Counted from the first letter of the stretch, positions 50,919 to 62,790 are shown. The stretch: 64,000 nucleotides of DNA from Hydrolagus colliei (GCA_035084275.1 CM068756.1:9176001-9240000); one strand, 5' to 3'. A program made the numbers and translations. Notes: generated by a model not told the origin, from the sequence alone.

Positions 50919-51067
50919 ACCCTGGCTGAGTTTCCTCCTCCAAAGAGTCCAGTATTTAAGCTGTTACAACTCTTGCAATTGTATTGTGGTGGTTGTGAGT
51001 CTCTGTGCTGATTGAGTTCCACATATGCACGGAAGTTTTCTTTTGTATGATTGAAATGTCCACACTG
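50918..51067 (-). mobile_element. Ancient SINE-like family B, 5' half
   Basis: AACCCTGGCTGAGTTTCC..CAATTGTA..GCTGATTGAGTTCCACA is collinear with 61205-61335. Confidence 0.4.
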
Positions 51068-51224
51068 CAAAGATTAAAGGAGCTCTAGTATATGAGGAGT
51101 GATGGCTATTTGTACCTAGTTGTTAATGTCAAAACAACATATTTTCTACTAATACAAAGAGTTGTGAGAAGACTAAACAGTAAGGACAGAGGATACTATG
51201 CCAAGTGACCCAAGTATGTCTTTA

Positions 51225-51380
51225 TTTCTCCTCCCTCTCTTTGCGGAAAGCTCGTATACCAATAGCTTTGCTGTATCTTGTTTATTAGCTGCTCTTCACT
51301 TACAAGTCTAGACGCTCACTGAATGTTGGTGGGCTATTCGACAGCAGGGGGGCATCACAGCTAAGCTGAATGGCCAGACC
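51225..51380 (-). mobile_element. Ancient SINE-like family B, 3' half
   Basis: GAATGTTGGTGGGCTATTCGACAGCAGGGGGGCATCACAGCTAAGC. Confidence 0.55.
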
Positions 51381-53021
51381 ATGAAACTCCTTACCTCCCT
51401 CAGTCTTCTTTTCTTCTTACAATCTACAGGTTTTTATTATCCAAGCAACAGTGTCAAAATTACCCGCTTTTTGACTTGTTTATCTTTGCCAATCCTCAAC
51501 CTTGACTGTGGGACTTGACCCTTCATCTCCATTTCCCAATAACACAAAATTCCAGCAGGAGTCACTGGAGAGAATAAAAACAATCTGCAGATCTGCTGTA
51601 TTTTTACATTGTGTGGAATAATTTCCATATGAGAGAGAATTAGCGTTAAAATATTGTTCCTGTAGGTAGCTAAGACAGTGTGGCTCACTTAAGTTGCTAA
51701 ATTCTAAGCTTTTTAAAAAAAAAAACAAGGCATAAATGTTGCAGGAGCTGAATACCCTCATCTATTTATTTAATATCTTCCTGCAGAGTAGCTTATTTAG
51801 TTCACAATGGGAACTTTACCTCAGGACCCTTGTTGGCATGTTCTGAACAAAACAACACCACAAGAACTATGAAACAATTACTTAACGCGATGGATTAGTA
51901 ATACATTGGGGAGAGAACTGGAAAATAAGAAATGTAAATTGACGAGGTTACCATACAACATGACCAGCCCTCATCTGCCCACATCTGCTTTAGGTTGATC
52001 CACAGAGACTGCAAAACAATTTAGCAGCAGATCTTCCTAAAAGTCAGCCGAGATTCCATAGAAAAGAATTCCAGCATAGATCCCAAACCAAGTGGGATGC
52101 CTTGAAGAAGGGCATGAAGGGAAAGGAGGCACACTATGCCAATTCAGTACTGGTTTCCGGAGGGGGACCATCTGCCCACCTCAAGCTGCAAAGGGAGAGG
52201 GATCTGTATCCTTAGACATCAGGTGGGATTGGAAGAGTAATTTTCCACATGGCACAACAAATCTTAGTGCCAAATATATAAAGTCAATCAAACTAAGCAC
52301 ATTTGCAACGATTGTTCTTGGATACAAGCCATACTGTCCTGTTGTGTTTGGGCAAAGCTAGAAAATCAACAATCAAGACATGCTTAAATGACAAGGGCAT
52401 CTGTCACCTGAGATGCTGAGATGATATCAGCAAAGTCCATCACTGCATTTTGAAAAGGACCAAAGCAGTTCAAGGTTCTGTGATGATTACCTGGCTAGGG
52501 AGAGCATGAATTGTGGAAGTGTGTTCAGGATCCCCTTGAGTATATGACAGCAGTGCTATTGTATAGTTAGCGAACCAGTAATTCCTGAGCTATCTCCATC
52601 TGATCTTGATGGTGAAAGTTCTCTCCTGGCATGCAATGGTTTGATAAATTGTTAACGAAACTTAGCAACTTCTATGCTGTATGATTCTTTGAATTGAGCC
52701 AATATCTGATATTCACAAACATCCATGACCAGTATTAGTGATTAATCTTTGTTTTGAAGTAATATTTTTTGTAAATAACTAAAGCTCACCGATTAGCATT
52801 AATTTAAAGGATATCAAAGAATAATTTGAATAATATCACTGCTTTCTAATATGTCCGACAGATATTTCAACAAGAAAAAATAGATCTTTAGAAAAACATG
52901 ATTGGATTTACTGGAGCGTTTAAACTATCCTGTGTATGGTTAAAATGAAATTTTACAAAAGTGAAAATAGAGTAAGGTGAAATGTTAGGAAAATATTGTT
53001 TTACTGTTGTAATTATTTTAG

Positions 53022-53108
53022 TAATAATCCCCCAAATATTTGATTATAGTGCCTTTCATGTTAGGGGGTCATCTTAAAGCGCTTCACTGGATATACTTGT
53101 AAAGTGTG
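53022..53108 (-). mobile_element. SINE/L2 tail fragment
   Basis: TATAGTGCCTTTCATG..CATCTTAAAGCGCTTCAC..TGTAAAGTG. Confidence 0.65.
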
Positions 53109-53110
53109 TG

Positions 53111-53430
53111 AATCGTAATGGTACCACCTTCATGTTTCAATCCGTGGACCCTGCGTCTGTTAAGCTGCTGATAATCAGAGTTAACAGCGACCATTAAAAT
53201 ATGGTGCATAATTAATAACAGTAACACATGTCCATTCCCGGCTCTGGTAACATTTCCAGATCTCGCCAGTCACTCCTCCAGGTTTAATGTTCATGAATAA
53301 ACACGTGTTCTGCGACTAGTTTTCCCGATTTCTTTCAGCAGACGTTATTGAGAACATCGCTTCTACTTCAGTAATTTTATTATTCCAAACTAAATCTGAT
53401 TGAGTTCATACAAATTGCTCACTAATCAAA
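53111..53430. promoter_or_regulatory. Candidate CNE
   Basis: CpG-retaining unique block with CCATTAAAA, GCATAATTAAT, AACACGTGTT (53300), TGATTGA and a near-palindrome at 53157-53187. Confidence 0.45.
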
Positions 53431-54880
53431 TTTTGAACAGTGATTTTTTTTTGATTCACAGAGACTTGCTGTTCACATATCTTTTTTGGAGCAAGTTTTA
53501 AACTTGAGCGTTTCTATTCTTTTCAAAATAATGTCATCCAGAAGTTTAGAAACAGATGTTTTGCCTTTTGTAGTTTTAAAGTTGACAATCGATATTCAGT
53601 TCAAATAAAAGCTGTTTAGAAACTTCAGAGAATTAACAGTGCCAAAAGATTGCCAACATGTTCGACTACATTTGTCACAAATCCTTTGATCATGCAGAGC
53701 AAAGAAAAGGGGTCATCAAAATCAAGCTGTTACTTGCTCTCCCTGCGTTTTATAACATGCAAATGTATTTACTTCAGAAAATGCAATATTTATGAAATGG
53801 ATGATTTGCAAGTTAAACAAAGGAGGTCACTGTAAACTCTGCATGCACAATATCTAGTCTTGATGGAAGTATCTTTCACAGGCTGCTGAATTTAGTCAAT
53901 AATAGCCGCCATGCAGGGACTACATGAAGGTTGAATACTTGGGTATAGGATTAACAGAAGCATTAAACATGCAGGGCACAACCTCTCCATCTTGACTGCT
54001 AACATTAGTTTACTACACACCAATATAATTAAATTTTACTACCCCAAATATTTTTTGAGGGAAAATTAGCCAACGGTTATAAAGTGATCTTAAAATCGAT
54101 ACTGATTTTTGCCTCTTTGCAATAGGCCTGGATTCAATTTGAAATATGATTCTACAGCTACTAATAATTAAATCCTGTTTTTTGGGGGGTATCTTTATAA
54201 TTCAGTTTCACATCAGGCTCTGGTTTGACCACCAATCCATTGAAGGAGTCCCTAAATCACATTTACAAGAAAATTATTCTACCAGTAGGACTTATAGTCC
54301 ATGTACACTTGTAAATATTTGTCAGATTCCTTAATGTAGTGTAATGATACAACTGTAAAATAACATAGGGCTGAAACTTGTCACAGTCCTGGCTGTAATT
54401 GATCTTAAAATGAAAGATGGTGCCAAAGTTCTTGAATTCAATTGTAAACTGGAAGCATTGTTAACATATTTGTTAACCTGGCTTCCATGACCAGCTCTAG
54501 TCTTCCTCCATTTGGACTCATGCTCTCTAGCCCCACATTGCACGTCGGATGATAATAAATGAAAGTCACTTGATGTTTTTCGAATTATTTTCAGTACTGA
54601 CATACGATGCAATATCATTCACATGAGATTCATTTTTAGAATTCATTTCAAAGCTAAGAGGAGCAATTTAATTCCAACGTTAGTTTTTTTCCAACAATTT
54701 GGATAAAAGTATGTTTTGGAGAACTAAATATTTTATTATTCTCCAGACTTCATAGGAGCCAGTTTGATTTGACTTGTTTGCTGATGTGGTTGTTAATCAA
54801 AAGACTGGATTAAACAAACCCTTTACAAATTATCCTGTGATGAAACTTACCCTGAGGGGTCGGTTGAAAAGGAAAGAAAG

Positions 54881-54917
54881 ATTTAGAAAAAATGGCATTT
54901 AGAAAAAATGGCATTTA
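54881..54917 (+). repeat. 16-bp tandem duplication
   Basis: ATTTAGAAAAAATGGC x2 plus a partial third unit. Confidence 0.95.
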
Positions 54918-55675
54918 AAAAAAAAATCAGTTCCCTAATGGTCATTGACTGATGTGAATACTGAAATGGAGTGTTCACATCAAAACCGTAGGAATAACTA
55001 CAGTTTGGTGAGTTCTTTGTTACTCAATTTTGTTTTAATTTGATACTTGATGCAATTAATTTTGATCAAGATCCCTTTATTTGTCCACAGTGTGGCTTTC
55101 TTTAGTCAGACTGAATGCCTTACTGACAAAATTGAGGGATGTAACATGGGGATTAGTCATGTATTAACCAATACATAGGCCAGCTACTGCATTTAAAGCT
55201 CCTCACATCATTGCTCTCAAACTATTCATCTGAACTCCCTTTCTCAGGAGCTCATACTTGACTTCTCTTGATGGAATTCTTTAACATGGACCTCTTGGAA
55301 TGGCTGTTTCCCAAGAGATATCACTGTTGCTCAAGAATATTTGTTGGTATGTTATTCATGTTTACTGCAAATGTATTCAGGACCATAATAAGTTCAAAGC
55401 CAACTCTTTCTGTGAAATGTAGAGCAGCATCCGTTTTATAAAATCCCCCCTCAGCTCCCATTCCCGATGCCCCCCTCTCCCACTCTCTGTCTCGAGCGCT
55501 TGGTCAGCAGTAAGAAGCAACAAATTATCTTGTTGTGAAAGGCTCTATATGAATATAAATTGTATTGTAAAGTCAATGTTTTCAGAAAATATAATTCAAG
55601 TAGTGTTGAAATGATAGAAATGCACCTTAAATTTGGTCAATTCCTGAAATTCACTATCTGATGTCAGGATGGGAC

Positions 55676-55770
55676 CACAGTGTGGTTTAAAGAAAAGGTC
55701 CATCACTACCTTCTCAAGATAGGCAATAAATTATGTGCTTAAATAGCTTCACCCACAACCTAACAATGTG
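55676..55770 (+). mobile_element. LINE 3' end fragment (shark-type)
   Basis: GTGGTTTAAAGAAAAGGTCCATCACTACCTTCTCAAG..GGCAATAAAT..CACCCACA resembles a common chondrichthyan LINE terminus, from memory. Confidence 0.45.
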
Positions 55771-55784
55771 TTTTTTTTAAAAAG

Positions 55785-55834
55785 CCTCTTGCTTGTAAGG
55801 TTAATGCTCTAACCACTGAGCTACAGGACTCCAC
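55785..55834 (-). mobile_element. Isolated tRNA head of the young SINE
   Basis: GCTTGTAAGG..GCTCTAACCACTGAGCTACAGGACTCCAC. Confidence 0.88.
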
Positions 55835-55942
55835 AGTGAGTATAGTATGATGACTAATGGATGACTAATGTTTGAAGATAGTTCTATAAACAAATTGTTT
55901 TTCTAGCGACCCTGGTTTGGAGCAGAAATCCAGGCTATATTC

Positions 55943-56258
55943 GTTGAGTCCTGTAGTTCAGCAGATAGAGCACTCGCCTTACAAGCATGAGACCTGTTTC
56001 AAAACCAGGCAGATCAGGCCGAAACCTTGGGCAAGTTTCCTTACAGTCCTAATAATAATCCGTCCAAAAAAAAACCTATAATAAATTGGTAATTTCAATT
56101 CACAACTGTTCTGGGAGACTGTTGAGCACAATTGGTTGCCACGTTTTGCCCAAAAATATACAGTCAATTCCCTTTACTGTATATTCTGTGAAGTGCTTTG
56201 AGACGTCTAGAAAATGTGAAAAGCACATTTATCAAATGGAAGTATTATTATTATTATT
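55943..56258 (+). mobile_element. Young tRNA-derived SINE, full length
   Basis: GAGTCCTGTAGTTCAG..CACTCGCCTTACAAGC..GGGCAAGTTTCCTTAC..GAGACGTCTAGAAAATGTGAAAAG..(TTA)n. Confidence 0.93.
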
Positions 56259-57087
56259 TATCATCTTAGCCCAAAGTGCTAAAGCCAATTGCAATGAACC
56301 AGATTATATTATTTAATCAGTGGAACCTGCTTGTTCTGTATGGGCTAGTATTAGACTGAGTAGCTGGGCAGCTTTGTTTCTTTTAATAGCCATGTTCAAT
56401 TTGTTTCCAGTTGCTATCTGTCACTCTATCAACTTCACAACAGAAGCCCTGCTGCGAAGCAGAGCTCTAAGTTTGGATGAAACTGCAAGTATTGGTAGGG
56501 GGATCCTTACAATGCTTATCAACCCTCCTTCAGTCCAATTCAAAATCTAATGTAAGAATATATATTCCATCCCCTTTGAGAATAGGTATGCTAAATAACT
56601 GGGAAAGTCAAAGCATGCGAGATACAGCCACATACTCTGCATGGGTCAAGAGTTATACAAAGAAGCTACATGACCTTGTGTCAGTCCCTGTCTGCTCACA
56701 ACCTATTGAAAAACATTTTTTTTCAATGGTTGCTTTATTGGTAATGAATGAAGCAAACAAAGAATGCTTCATTCATCGCAAACAGAAAGCATATGGAATA
56801 AATGTTATTCAATGGGCAACACTTTTTCCCCCCTAAACTGTGATGCGAGCTTAGATTCACATCGAGATTCTCTGTCTGTAGTGCACTCACTGGAGGACAC
56901 TAATCCACATAGTGGTTTAAAAACTATCAACAGCACATTTTGAATAACATCATCTTCCAATAGGAGCAAGAAACAGTCTAAAGTATCCAGGAACCTAACT
57001 CAGTACAGTATATCATTGCTTTGAAAAATTTTAAATCTCGTATGTTTCACTCTATAAGACTGTCTGTAAGTCATAAAATTAATACTC

Positions 57088-57268
57088 CTTGTGTCTGATA
57101 TAATAGCTTTCATATTGGGAGAACATCTCAAAGCACTTCACAGGATGAACTCAGTGCAGGGACATGTGTATTTGTAGACAAACACGACAGCCAATTTATG
57201 CACAACAATGTCATGAAGTGAATGACCAATTTTAGCAGGGATTATTGGGCAGCACCCTGGGAGAAAAT
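57088..57268 (-). mobile_element. Old Deu-domain SINE 3' half
   Basis: CATCTCAAAGCACTTCACAGG..CAGCCAATTT..CATGAAGTGAATGACC..CTGGGAGAAA. Confidence 0.75.
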
Positions 57269-57744
57269 GCATTCATGAATGATTTATAATAGAGAGGTGA
57301 AGCCTCAATGTGTTTGCTGGTTAAAATACCAGATGTCAACAGCTGTATCTTTTGCAATGATTATGTATCTGTAGGTCAATTAGGAGCAGCCAACACTGCC
57401 ATGTCCGTCAAAGGAATAGCCTATCCGGCAGTGGGCACACACCCAAGAAAGCATCTCAGTTGACATGCTGAACTATAGCAAGGTAGCTGCGGGTGAACTT
57501 GTGCATTGAAGGGAAATGCCTAGCCCTCTGTACAGCCACTGCGTGTGCATCCATGTGCATCGTCTGCCTAGGCTAATCTGGTGGGCACAGCGATCTTCTG
57601 CCTAATCTTGGCAGTGACCATGATCGCTGTGTCGTGTTGTAAAGGACATTGCTGTGGGCATGTTAAGACCATAGTGGCCACCCAATGCACTCGGCAGAGA
57701 CAAGCCATGACAACAGGAGACATGATGTATCAAGCATCGTCAGC

Positions 57745-59190
57745 ATGATGAACAAGACAGCGACAGGACTGATTGAAAATCAGACAAAATAGTGAATTCT
57801 AACCCTGACTGAGTAACATTATGATGCTAACAAGTGTGCAGTGCAGCAAATGTCACAGATTGATCCAGGTGAAAATTATGCAAACAAGTGATGGAGTAAG
57901 AACGTTAATCAGATTGAAAGGTCTTCTGACCAACATAACAGCAAACGTGTCTACAAAACCATCATGTCCATCTGTGAACCACAAACCCATCCAAAAAGGG
58001 CAAGTAACCTACTGATTACAGACCAGAACCTCACTCTCCAGCAATAGGTTGAACACTTCAGTGAACACCTTGGCACAATGTCAACTGTGGAGGTGGAAGC
58101 AATAAAGGCCATCGCACCACAGCCCACTCAGTATGAGTTGGCAGTCCATTAGGCCAAGCTGAAGTTTACACAGTCATCAAATATGCAAAGAATGGCTCGT
58201 GGACCAGATGGCCTTTCCTGCTGGAAGCTTGAGATACGACAACCCAACTCTCTGTGGCCATCTTCAAATTACCTATTTGCCTTGTTTGGAGAAAGGAGTC
58301 CGACGAACATTTTTTAAAAAAAATTATGAATTATCACCATAAACAAAAAGCAATGGCAAATCTGTAATTACAACAGAAACATATTAGTTCTGTCAATTGT
58401 CAGGAAAATTCCTGTAATAGATACTGCTGACATGACTGGTCACCACAGTCGTGAATGATATCTTCCCTAAGCCTCAATGTGGTTTCTGTATGGAACAAGG
58501 TTCAACTAACATGACTTTTGTGGCTTGCTACATCAAGGAGAAGTATAGGGAGCAAACAAATGGAATTCTTGACCAAAGTATTTGACGCAATAAATATAGT
58601 AACTCTCTGGCAAATCCTCAGCAAGTCAAACTTCCCCAACGAACTCAAATCAACAACAAAATTACATTTATAGAGCGTCTTCATGTCGGGAGGATATCCC
58701 AAGGCGCTGAGGATTCAGGTCGGGACCTGAACAAGGGCGAGGGGCAGGGTAGGGTGGAGGGAAAGAGTTAGGAGGGGAGGGAGATTGTTGGGAGGGCTGC
58801 AGAAAGCACGATTGAAGAGGAGAGTCTTAAGACCAGCCTTGAAGGAGGTGAGGGAGGAAGCAAGGCGAAGGGCCTGCACGGTGGCGTTCCAGAATGTGGG
58901 GGCAGAGAGGCCTAAAGCCCGTCCACTGATGGTCAAGTGGGGGACATGGAGCAGACCGGAGCCTACTGAACGGAGGGTTTGGGCAGGTTCATAGGGAGAC
59001 AGCAGGTCGGAGAGATAGGAGGGGAGATCATCCATAGTTCTGGATGATCTGCAGCTTGTGAAATTAGCTTTACGATGAAATAGATGGTTGTATCTTAGCA
59101 CTGTAGAATCATTCTCCGTCACTAATGGTGCTAAGCAAGATCATGTGCTGACTCTTGCCTTTTTTTTGCTGCAGTTCTTTTTGTTGCTCG
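57745..59190 (+). mobile_element. Decayed RTE-clade LINE reverse transcriptase remnant, split by L2
   Basis: Manual translation across stops and frameshifts gives EHFSEHL, GPDG, ICNYNRNILVLSIVRKI, IFPKPQCGF..GSTNMTFVACYIKEKYREQ and LTKVFDAINIVTLWQILSK. After the insertion it gives ESFSVTNGAKQDHVL, matching RTE consensus PESQCGFR..EKCREQ..DLTKAFD..GVKQGCVLAP. Confidence 0.85.
58651..59037 (-). mobile_element. L2 LINE 3' end nested in the RTE remnant
   Basis: ORF 58715-59122 reads PSYLSDLLSPYEPAQTLRS..GRALGLSAPTFWN..SLTSFKAGLKTLLF (L2 ORF2 C-terminus). (CAA)n tail at 58651. Confidence 0.93.
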
Positions 59191-60959
59191 ACACCCAGAC
59201 AAACAAAAGGGTTTACGTTTAATTCAGACGTGACTATTGTACCTATTTTTAAAAAGCTAAATCTCATCATTACATTAACAAGAAAAACCTAATAGAAGTT
59301 TTGTTCTGTTTCAAAGTCAACCTACTGTGCTGTTGTGCATATAATGAAAAACAGGAGCAGTTCATTTTGTAGCTGATATTTCTGCTTAACAAAGAACCTT
59401 TTAATCCAGAGGGTTATATGCTATTTATTATGCACTAGAGTACACATTAGGAGATTATTATTCTAAAGTCCAGTTTTTTTGGGGAAAAAATTGTCCAAAA
59501 ACAATAATCATTACTGAGTCAAATCCTTTGTAATCTAGAATTTGAAAACGTTGCTACCCTTTGCCCCCTCACAAGTCTCCTGAACTTGGGAATTTTTACT
59601 GTTCTGATACCGTTTGTCAGAAGTGATCGATGTGCTTCAGATATCTCTTTGACCATAGGGGCTATCATTGCCAAGACAAATTCTCCCTTTCGCTTTCGTA
59701 TTTTCAGTTGTGTGTGTGTGTGGGGAAGGGGCTTAGAAACCTAGCCTATCTTCTGTGTGTAGTGACTAGTGTTGGAAATCTGGCCTACTCCACTCTCTGT
59801 GCTGGTGCTAGGGGCACTAAGTTTCTAAAGTATAAATCAACTGTTTGCAATTAGTTTGTTCAGCATTCTGTGTATGATATTAAATACGACCGTATCCATT
59901 TCAAAGCCCTCCATAAAATATAGAATCTTCTTAATGATATATCTAATCAGATCAATTTTAAATACCAAAAAGGAAAATAATACTACTGGGGTAATAATTA
60001 TATCAGTGGAATTTACTTAAGCCAACACTATTCACACCAACCCTTGTAATTCAATTTAAAGTTATCAGTAGTTTCCCTATTGAGGTTTCAGCTCTAACTA
60101 GCATCTCAGGTTACTTCTACATGTTCAGAAATGAGGCTTGGACTCATGGCAGAAATACAAACCAGATCGCATCGTAAAAAAGGGTTGCTAGGTTTTAAAA
60201 ATGTCTCACGTTCTGACATTATTTTAGTTGCTCTCCACCAGGCCACAACATCAGTAAGTAAGATTTTGAAAGATAGGAGAGAATATAGAAAGAGAGACAT
60301 GTGGGCAGGCTGCACTTAGGATCACTCCAGTTCAAAGGGGAAATAAAGTACATAAAGAATCATCAAACCTGATGGGGGAGTAAGGGAAGATGCTTAAAGA
60401 GAAGGTAACACGCCCAGTCTTGGATTCCGAACGATCAGCCGTGAATCCCTTCATCAATGTTGCTTTGGTTATGTTCTCTTCAGCAAGTCTTAATTGATTC
60501 CTTGCACACTTCTACCCAGGATATGAAGTCATTTGGTACAGCCTGCATCCACTCTGCACAGCTGCAATAATATCACTAGACCTTGGACAACTGTGAAATG
60601 TGGTAAACCGAGTCTATGATGCCCATGGAAAGCACGTGAAACTGCTACAGGAAGGATTCTATCATTTTGCTGTGATGCCCTACACATGGGGCCAGGCAGC
60701 AATCAGGGTCAAAAGACTGGCATAGGAAGTATTTGAAAAGTCTGCATGGCATTAATGTCTTTCACTTCAGAAGCTTCAATCTGACTGTGCAGAGAAGGAC
60801 ACGTGCATGAAGTGAGGCACAAGCCAATATATCGTTATGTACAAATGAACTATGAAAGGGTTTCAGTCCTGCTGGGTGTGGAGTACATAATTCACATTTG
60901 CTAACACTAGCAAAGACTCCCTGCCACTGCTCTCTAACAAAAAGCATCAATTAATTTTG

Positions 60960-61335
60960 TTCTGCTTCTCCAGTTTCTTCCTTTCCTGAAGGCATTTGAC
61001 TCATTCCCCCACCACCACAACATCTTCTTTACTGGGGTAGAGTTCATTAACCTCCAGTACCTGCCATTATTCACATTTGAGTAAATCCCAGCAGAATATT
61101 AAACCATTGAGGTGGCTGGAGAGGAAGTGGAAGAGATCACAGCTAAGCATGATTTTACACCACTCTGTATCCAAAACGATTCTCTGGATGGCAATCAGGA
61201 GTGAGACCGTTGACTGACTTCCCATCTTTTTAAATGAAACCAATTGCAGCATCCAGGCTGAGATGAGTTAACTCAACACAGACCAAAACTTGAACTATCT
61301 GGTTTGGGTGGCTTAGTCCTATACTGTGCGGTACA
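60960..61335 (-). mobile_element. Ancient SINE-like family B, near full length
   Basis: CCTGAAGGCATTTGACTCA..GATCACAGCTAAGC..TGGATGGCAATCAGGAG..GGCTGAGATGAGTTAACTCAACACAGACC..GGCTTAGTCCTATAC. Family name not assigned. Confidence 0.6.
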
Positions 61336-61694
61336 AGTTAATTTTTAATATTGTTCAGCTTTAAGCTCTCTATAACATTGAACCAAGTGTATCCATAGAA
61401 TGCACTTGATGTTTTATATGCTGATGTTGCCAAACATAGTGAAGCCAGTTTTGTGGAATGAGACTTCTCATGAGACCATGTTAAAACTGTAACCAACTGT
61501 TTCCCAAAGACCAAAAAATATATGTATGAATGAAATGTTCTAGAATAGCCTTTGAAGTATTTAAAATGGCAAATATGTTTGTGTTGGCATTATTAATTTG
61601 TGCTACTGAATCCCCAGTAGCAGATTGTGGGATACGGATGGGCACATCCAACAAGTTTGATTTGGATGCAGAAGGCCCTTCGGCCTATTTGGTA

Positions 61695-61952
61695 AATAGA
61701 ATGATACCGGCAAGGCAATGGACCATTTGGTCTAACTAGTCTGTGCCTGTGTTTATACTCCACATAAGCCTCTACCCCTCCTATTCCCTTCTCCCTCATT
61801 TATGTATCATATTTCCTCTTAAATACGCTGATGCTTTCTGCTCCAACCACAGCTTCCAGCAGTGAATTCAACATTCTGACCACACTCTGTGAAGGAGTTC
61901 CTCTTGAACTTCCTTTTAGACTGTGACTAGCAATTTTATACCCTGTCCCACC
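61695..61952 (-). mobile_element. CR1 LINE 3' end
   Basis: GGACCATTTGGTC..TTCCTCTTAAA..CAACCAC..CAGCAGTGAATTCAACATTCTGACCACACTCTGTG..TTCCTCTTGAA. Confidence 0.75.
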
Positions 61953-62639
61953 TTACGCCATTTATTTTGGACTTGGATTGTATTATAATATGGCTGAAAG
62001 GATCTATGAGCTGTGTTTGTTTCTATCTGAAATAGTGGCATGTCACAGTAAGGGGCTACAACAGTGCAAGTGACATCTTTAGTGTTGAATTAGTTAAAGT
62101 TTGTGCTGTTATTTTCTTTGTCTGTTCAAAACTTCACATCTGTGCGACATATTTTTTTTTAAAACAGGCATAGTACCAAGCAGTTGATGTAAAGACCAGC
62201 AGTTTATAATGAAAATACAGAATAATTACCCTGAGGCAATATTTATTCATTATGCATACATATTTGTATAATCTGAGTTTACTAATTAATATATTATGTA
62301 TACTGTATATCAAGGAGATGAATATTCACCACTATTGTTAATATTAATGGTGATGTAATTTTATTAAAGTATAATATTATTATTGCAGTTGTGATACATA
62401 GTCCATTTCAGCATTATAAGATCTGGTCCACATCTTGCAGTCTGGAAGGGTTTAAGAACTGAAACTCATTCCAGTTTGTTAGATTTGAATGAACTTCTAT
62501 TTTTATGTGTAACACGGAATTAAATTGTTTAGTGCAGTATTTGAATATTTAACTTGGTGAGCAATTAAATCAATGTAAACCAAATAAAAGCCAAGCCACA
62601 TGAAAAGAACATGCTTTACAGGCTTCTTAAAGACACAAA

Positions 62640-62790
62640 CAGGCAGCACAGGATTAATCCATGTTATCGGCCTCTTTCAACCAATGTTTATTACTCCTGT
62701 AACACACAGCCATTACATAATATTTAAAATCTCATTAAAATGCAGCTCCTGAGACACAATGAAATGACGGGAGGCAGAAATACAAGGTGC
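62640..62790. promoter_or_regulatory. Candidate CNE
   Basis: Palindromic GGATTAATCC (62651-62660; TAATCC on both strands), plus TTTATTAC, CCATTA, CTCATTAA and ACAATG. Confidence 0.35.

Noticed and set aside
4602-56316. Recurrent peptide IQSIHFTVYSVKCFETSRRCEK..YYYY in many ORFs
   Set aside because: This is the translation of the non-coding SINE 3' end, not a gene family.
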